From an uncultured Gemmatimonadales bacterium (GTDB taxonomy: Bacteria > Gemmatimonadota > Gemmatimonadetes > Gemmatimonadales > GWC2-71-9): DNA of 64,000 nucleotides. The position numbers were made by a program, and so were the translations under genes. A model generated the notes under the pieces. That model saw only the letters and a list, made by a program, of their open reading frames with translations, was not told where the DNA came from and did no database searches. Positions 60,053 to 64,000 of this stretch are shown in pieces; the first letter of the stretch is position 1; the number at the start of each line of letters is the position of its first letter. Location of the stretch: positions 456,032 through 520,031 of the forward strand of contig CAWJIM010000023.1 of the NCBI GenBank assembly GCA_963842945.1. The letters are read 5' to 3'.

Positions 60053-60649
60053 ATGGCCGACCGCACTCTCAATCGACTCTGCGTCTTCTGCGGGACCAAT
60101 GCCGGATCACGACCGGCGTATGGGGTCGCGGCCCGCGAACTGGGCCGAGTTCTGGCCGAACAGGGCATCGAGCTGGTCTATGGCGGCGCCAGTGTGGGCG
60201 TGATGGGTGAATTGGCCGACTCGGTTCAGGAACATGGCGGTCATGTCACCGGGATCATCCCCCAACAGCTGATGGAGAAGGAGGCGGCGCATACCGGAAT
60301 TCGGAACCTGATCGTGGTGGCATCGATGCACCAGCGAAAGTCGCAGATGGCCGATATGTCCGACGGGTTCATTGCCTTCCCCGGTGGGATAGGAACGCTG
60401 GAAGGGTTCTTCGAGGTTCTCACCTGGGGCCAGCTGGGGATCCACTCCAAACCCGCCGGCATCCTCAACGTCGAGCGATACTTCGATGGATTGACCGGAT
60501 TCCTGGACCACGCGGTGCGCGAGGGATTCCTGACTGAAGCCCATCGGCAGGCCATCATCGTCGAGTCCGATCCCGGAGTGCTCCTCGAGCGCCTAAGAGC
60601 CTATGCGCCCCTGGAGGGCGAAAAGCTGATGGGGAGGACGCATCGGTGA
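60053..60649 (+). CDS. LOG family nucleotide phosphoribohydrolase
   Basis: CVFCG, LVYGG, MHQRK, PGGIGTLE. Confidence 0.92.
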   Translation: MADRTLNRLCVFCGTNAGSRPAYGVAARELGRVLAEQGIELVYGGASVGVMGELADSVQEHGGHVTGIIPQQLMEKEAAHTGIRNLIVVASMHQRKSQMADMSDGFIAFPGGIGTLEGFFEVLTWGQLGIHSKPAGILNVERYFDGLTGFLDHAVREGFLTEAHRQAIIVESDPGVLLERLRAYAPLEGEKLMGRTHR

Positions 60650-60681
60650 TATAAGGACGGGAAGACAGGAAAGGTATGACT

Positions 60682-61627
60682 TCAGACCTTTCCGGGCTTT
60701 ACCGTCTTTTTTTCGGCATATTCCTCGGCCGGTGGCCGGCGGCCGAATTCATCCACGTAAGCCCGGGTAAACTCCGCGCCGAGCAGAATGATCTGCGCCG
60801 AGTAGTAGACCCAGACCAGAATTACTATGACTGAGCCGGCGGCACCGTAGGTCGAGGCGACGCTGGCGGTACCGAGATAGAGACCGATGACCAGCCTTCC
60901 GATGCTGAAGAGCCCAGCCGTCACGAGAGCCCCCACCCACACATCTCTCCAGGACAGTTTTACATCCGGCAGCACCTTGTAGATCAAGGCGAACAGCAGC
61001 GTGATCACGGTGAGAGACACGATCACATTCAGCGCCTCCCAGAGCACGACCACGCCAGGAAATGCATTGCCCATGTAGCGATGGATCGCCGCCAGGGCTG
61101 CGCTCACCAGCAATGAAGTGAGGAGGAGGAACCCCATCGCTACCACCAGCCCGAACGAGATCACCCTCTGCATCACCATGCACGCGCCAGTAGCTGCCAT
61201 CGGACTTGGGCTCGACGTGCCAGATGGCGTTCAAGGCTGTCTGCAATTCCAGAAAAGCGCCGGTGGCACCGAGAAAGAAGGTGATGATGCCGGCCACGGT
61301 GGCCACGATGCTGGAACCCGGCCGGGAAGCGCCCTCCAGCATGGCCTGTACGGCCTCGGCGCCCTCTCGCCCGATCAGCCCCTGAATTTGACCCACGATC
61401 TCGCCCCGCACGGCCTCCGGGCCGAAAACAAGGCCGCCGATAGCGATGGCCACTACCAGAATCGGGGCGAGAGCAAAGAGGGTGTAGTACGCGAGGGAGG
61501 CGCCCAACCGGGGCACATTGTCGTTCCACCAGCCGGCCACTGAGCGCCGAAGAATCACGGCGAGCGCTCCTGGCGTGATCCGGGTTCTTCGTCTCCCAGC
61601 GGCGCTATCGCGATGGACCGACGGCAT
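60682..61627 (-). CDS. YihY/BrkB family membrane protein; frameshift near 61185
   Basis: ASLAYYTLFALAP, ALNAIW, YKVLP, YGAAGS, WVYYSAQI.LLGAE. Confidence 0.88.
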
Positions 61628-61675
61628 TCTCAAAACTCGCTGGAGCACGTTCACCAGGGAAACAGAGCCTGCCGA

Positions 61676-63064
61676 TCATGACGAGCTGCGGGCGACCATA
61701 GCGTACAGCCAACGCTCGGAGTCAGCGACTCGTGCCACAGACTGTATCTGATAATGTCGCTGAAAGGCCTCTTCGAATCCCTCTTTGGTGTAACCAGGAA
61801 AAATGTCCGGACGACTGAGCAACAGGCGGGACACCTGAGAATCGCTTTTGGGCACGAACTCGATTACCAGCTGGCGCCCCAACCGGCTGAGATACGCGGC
61901 AATACGCTCCAGCGGCAGGTTGTACCCGATTGCCAGGTGATGCACCAGCGCCAGTGCGAGAACGGCATCGGCCGGGCCCCGTTCTTCGAGGGACAGTCTT
62001 TCGCGGCCAGCCCATCCCTGGCCCGGCGAGGGATTGGTCAGGTCGAGCAGCAACGGAAGGATGCCATTCTCCTTCTCCGATCGAACCCGCCGATAGTTCC
62101 GCTCGACGGCTGCGGGGTCAACATCGAAGGACACCACGTAGCCGGCGACTTCCCGGGCGGCCCGGCTGTATTCCCCGGTGTTAGCGCCGAGGTCCCACAC
62201 GGTTTTTGGCTTTGCTGCGGCGAGATGCGCCAGAACCATCTCCCGCTTCGATCGACTGGCCGCATCGCTGTAGTTGTTATCTGTGGTGTAGTCGGCCCAT
62301 TCGGTTCCGGATGGACGCCAGGACAGCCGCTGGGTCGCCGTGGTCAGGTTGTTGACCAACGTCAGGAGCGAGCGTTGGCTCATGCTCCGGCCTTTGGCGG
62401 CCGACGTTACGGCCGAGCCGGCGTATCGTCGCTGGGCCCAGGCGTGAAGGTGAATGTGCAGCACGGCGCTCAGAGACGCCCAGCTCCGGTGCGGCAGGAG
62501 CCGGCTGCCCAGGTCCAGGGGGATGCCGTCCACATAGGAGCGCAATAACGTCCCACAGCGTATGTCGGTCGAGCTCATCAGGGTCAGCGGGAGCAGAAAA
62601 TGCTCACAGAACTGCTTGTAAGCCACCCACGGCTTTCCCTCCTCCCAAGGCTCGAACGAAAGGGTGTCGATGAAGACCGGGCGGCCGCCCTGAAACTGAA
62701 TGTTGTACGCGCTGCTGTCCCGAAGGGTGAACCCCTTGCGTAAGGCTCTCTCCTGGATCTGCAGCGTTAGCGCGGCTGCGTCCTGCAGTTGCCCGAAGGA
62801 CCACTCATAAGGGTAGGAGATGAACGGAAGACGCTCCGGCCGGAGCACCGCATAGGCGTCAGGCGTCGCGGAGTATTCGAGACCCACCCGTTCGTGGGCC
62901 ACAAGTAGTCCCTCCCGGACCAGGTCGTCACACAGTCCCGAGGCGAGGAAGGCCTCGAAGGTCTGGCGAAAGCCGGCATTGATTTGGCGGAAGAGAGTGC
63001 CGTCTCGAGTGTAGACGAAGCCGCTGGGATCCCGAAACGACCCCTCTACGGCTTGCCAGCTCAT
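61676..63064 (-). CDS. NoeA-like protein: kinase-like N-terminus plus class I SAM methyltransferase
   Basis: SFRDPSG, ISYPYEW, LRDSSAYNIQF, FIDTLSF; WDLGANTG, LALALVHHL, IEFVP. Confidence 0.8.
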   Translation of the reverse strand: MSWQAVEGSFRDPSGFVYTRDGTLFRQINAGFRQTFEAFLASGLCDDLVREGLLVAHERVGLEYSATPDAYAVLRPERLPFISYPYEWSFGQLQDAAALTLQIQERALRKGFTLRDSSAYNIQFQGGRPVFIDTLSFEPWEEGKPWVAYKQFCEHFLLPLTLMSSTDIRCGTLLRSYVDGIPLDLGSRLLPHRSWASLSAVLHIHLHAWAQRRYAGSAVTSAAKGRSMSQRSLLTLVNNLTTATQRLSWRPSGTEWADYTTDNNYSDAASRSKREMVLAHLAAAKPKTVWDLGANTGEYSRAAREVAGYVVSFDVDPAAVERNYRRVRSEKENGILPLLLDLTNPSPGQGWAGRERLSLEERGPADAVLALALVHHLAIGYNLPLERIAAYLSRLGRQLVIEFVPKSDSQVSRLLLSRPDIFPGYTKEGFEEAFQRHYQIQSVARVADSERWLYAMVARSSS

Positions 63065-63201
63065 CGACGGCGGCGAGGAACCAGCATTCTAAAGAAGGAC
63101 TTCACCGCCTCGCGAACCCGGGAAACCATCGCGAGGATAGAAAGGACGCCGGCAGCAATGAACTGGAGCACGAGGCTTCCAGTCGTGGGGTCGATATACA
63201 T
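63061..63201 (-). CDS. Small membrane protein with YIDP motif (46 aa), not in the ORF track
   Basis: MYIDPTTGSLVLQFIAAGVLSILAMVSRVREAVKSFFRMLVPRRRR; ATGA overlap with the methyltransferase start. Confidence 0.75.
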   Translation of the reverse strand: MYIDPTTGSLVLQFIAAGVLSILAMVSRVREAVKSFFRMLVPRRRR

Positions 63202-63306
63202 CGGTCCGTTCCCAGTGGGTAGGATGCCAGTCTGTTGCTTGCTGAGGGGTATCGGAAGTGTAACGGTCCGACGGCGGTAGCGTCAGTGAGGCAGGCCCCG
63301 GGGGCG

Positions 63307-64000
63307 CTACTCGGCGTTGGAAAGGCGGACTGCAGAGGGCCCCTGGCCGGCATCCTGGATCCAGACCGTCTTGATGTTGACGAACTCGCGGATTCCATAG
63401 TGGCTCAGTTCCCTGCCGTATCCTGATTGCTTCACCCCTCCAAACGGGAGCCGGGGGTCCGAGGCCACCATGGCATTGATGAAGACGAGCCCGGCCTCGA
63501 GCTCGGCCACGAACCGGTCGCGCTCCTTCGGAAGCTGAGTCCAGGCGCTGGCACCGAGCCCAAACTCGGTATCGTTGGCCAGCCCAATAGCCTCATCTAT
63601 GTCTCGAACCCGGAACAACAACGCCAGCGGGCCGAAGACCTCTTCCCGGTAGGCCGGTGAATTCTCGCTGATCCCGGTGAGGACGCCGGGACTGAAGTAA
63701 AAGCCGGGTCGCTCCAGGCGCTTGCCTCCAGTCAACAGCCTGGCCCCCAGACTGACGGAGCGGGAAATCTGGTCGGCCAGCGTCCTGACCTGAGCCTCAT
63801 TCGCCAGGGGGCCCACATCGGTGGCAGGATCCATCGGATCGCCCACCACCAGCTTCTCCATCCCCTCTACCAGCCGGCGCTCGAATTCGTCCGCAATCGG
63901 TTCGGCAACAATGAAGCGCTTGGCCGCGATGCACGACTGGCCGTTGTTGATGATGCGCGCCTTGACGGCAGTGCGAGCCGCGGCCTCCAGATCGGCAGAG
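63307..64000 (-). CDS. NAD(P)-dependent aldehyde dehydrogenase, succinate-semialdehyde dehydrogenase-like (3' part only)
   Basis: NNGQSCIAAKR, EEVFGP, PFGGVKQSGYGRE. Confidence 0.9.
   Translation of the reverse strand, partial: SADLEAAARTAVKARIINNGQSCIAAKRFIVAEPIADEFERRLVEGMEKLVVGDPMDPATDVGPLANEAQVRTLADQISRSVSLGARLLTGGKRLERPGFYFSPGVLTGISENSPAYREEVFGPLALLFRVRDIDEAIGLANDTEFGLGASAWTQLPKERDRFVAELEAGLVFINAMVASDPRLPFGGVKQSGYGRELSHYGIREFVNIKTVWIQDAGQGPSAVRLSNAE

Noticed and set aside
63273..63283. ops/JUMPstart-like GGCGGTAGCGT
   Set aside because: It is on the + strand while the surrounding genes are transcribed from the - strand, so the orientation is wrong for RfaH-type action.

Overview
GC-rich bacterial chromosomal segment made mostly of housekeeping genes. 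Gene content and order suggest a Gemmatimonadota-like diderm; this is my inference, not a tested assignment. Main blocks: (i) a PorX-like REC-PglZ regulator with an MsbA-like ABC transporter, divergent from a GT9 heptosyltransferase and a DnaB C-terminal-only paralog; (ii) a ~14.4 kb + strand superoperon yebC-ruvC-ruvA-(Zn ribbon)-ruvB-queA-dinB-tgt-yajC-def-fmt-thiE-thiS-thiG-rsmB-PASTA-rpe-tlpA-tsaD-lgt; (iii) a - strand block tamA-tamB-lipid kinase-sigma54 activator-8-Cys mini-protein-NlpC/P60-HAD-acpS, then a cytochrome c/FTR1 iron permease and rraA; (iv) oppA-oppB-dacB, an FNR-type reductase, pduO, aroB, an RpoD-like sigma factor, lonN-glcDEF, HAD, ygfZ, an AAA+/VWA pair, proteases, AKR, LOG, YihY, a NoeA-like kinase-methyltransferase and an aldehyde dehydrogenase. 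I found no tRNA, rRNA, CRISPR, transposase or prophage. Best novelty candidates: an unannotated sigma54-promoted, three-hairpin small RNA at ~19748-19890; a dispersed family of hairpin elements whose arms are inverted 7/8/9-mer tandem repeats, one inserted in frame inside tgt; and three small ORFs below the ORF-track cutoff (two Cys-rich, one YIDP membrane peptide). Many genes carry single-base frameshifts, most likely assembly errors.
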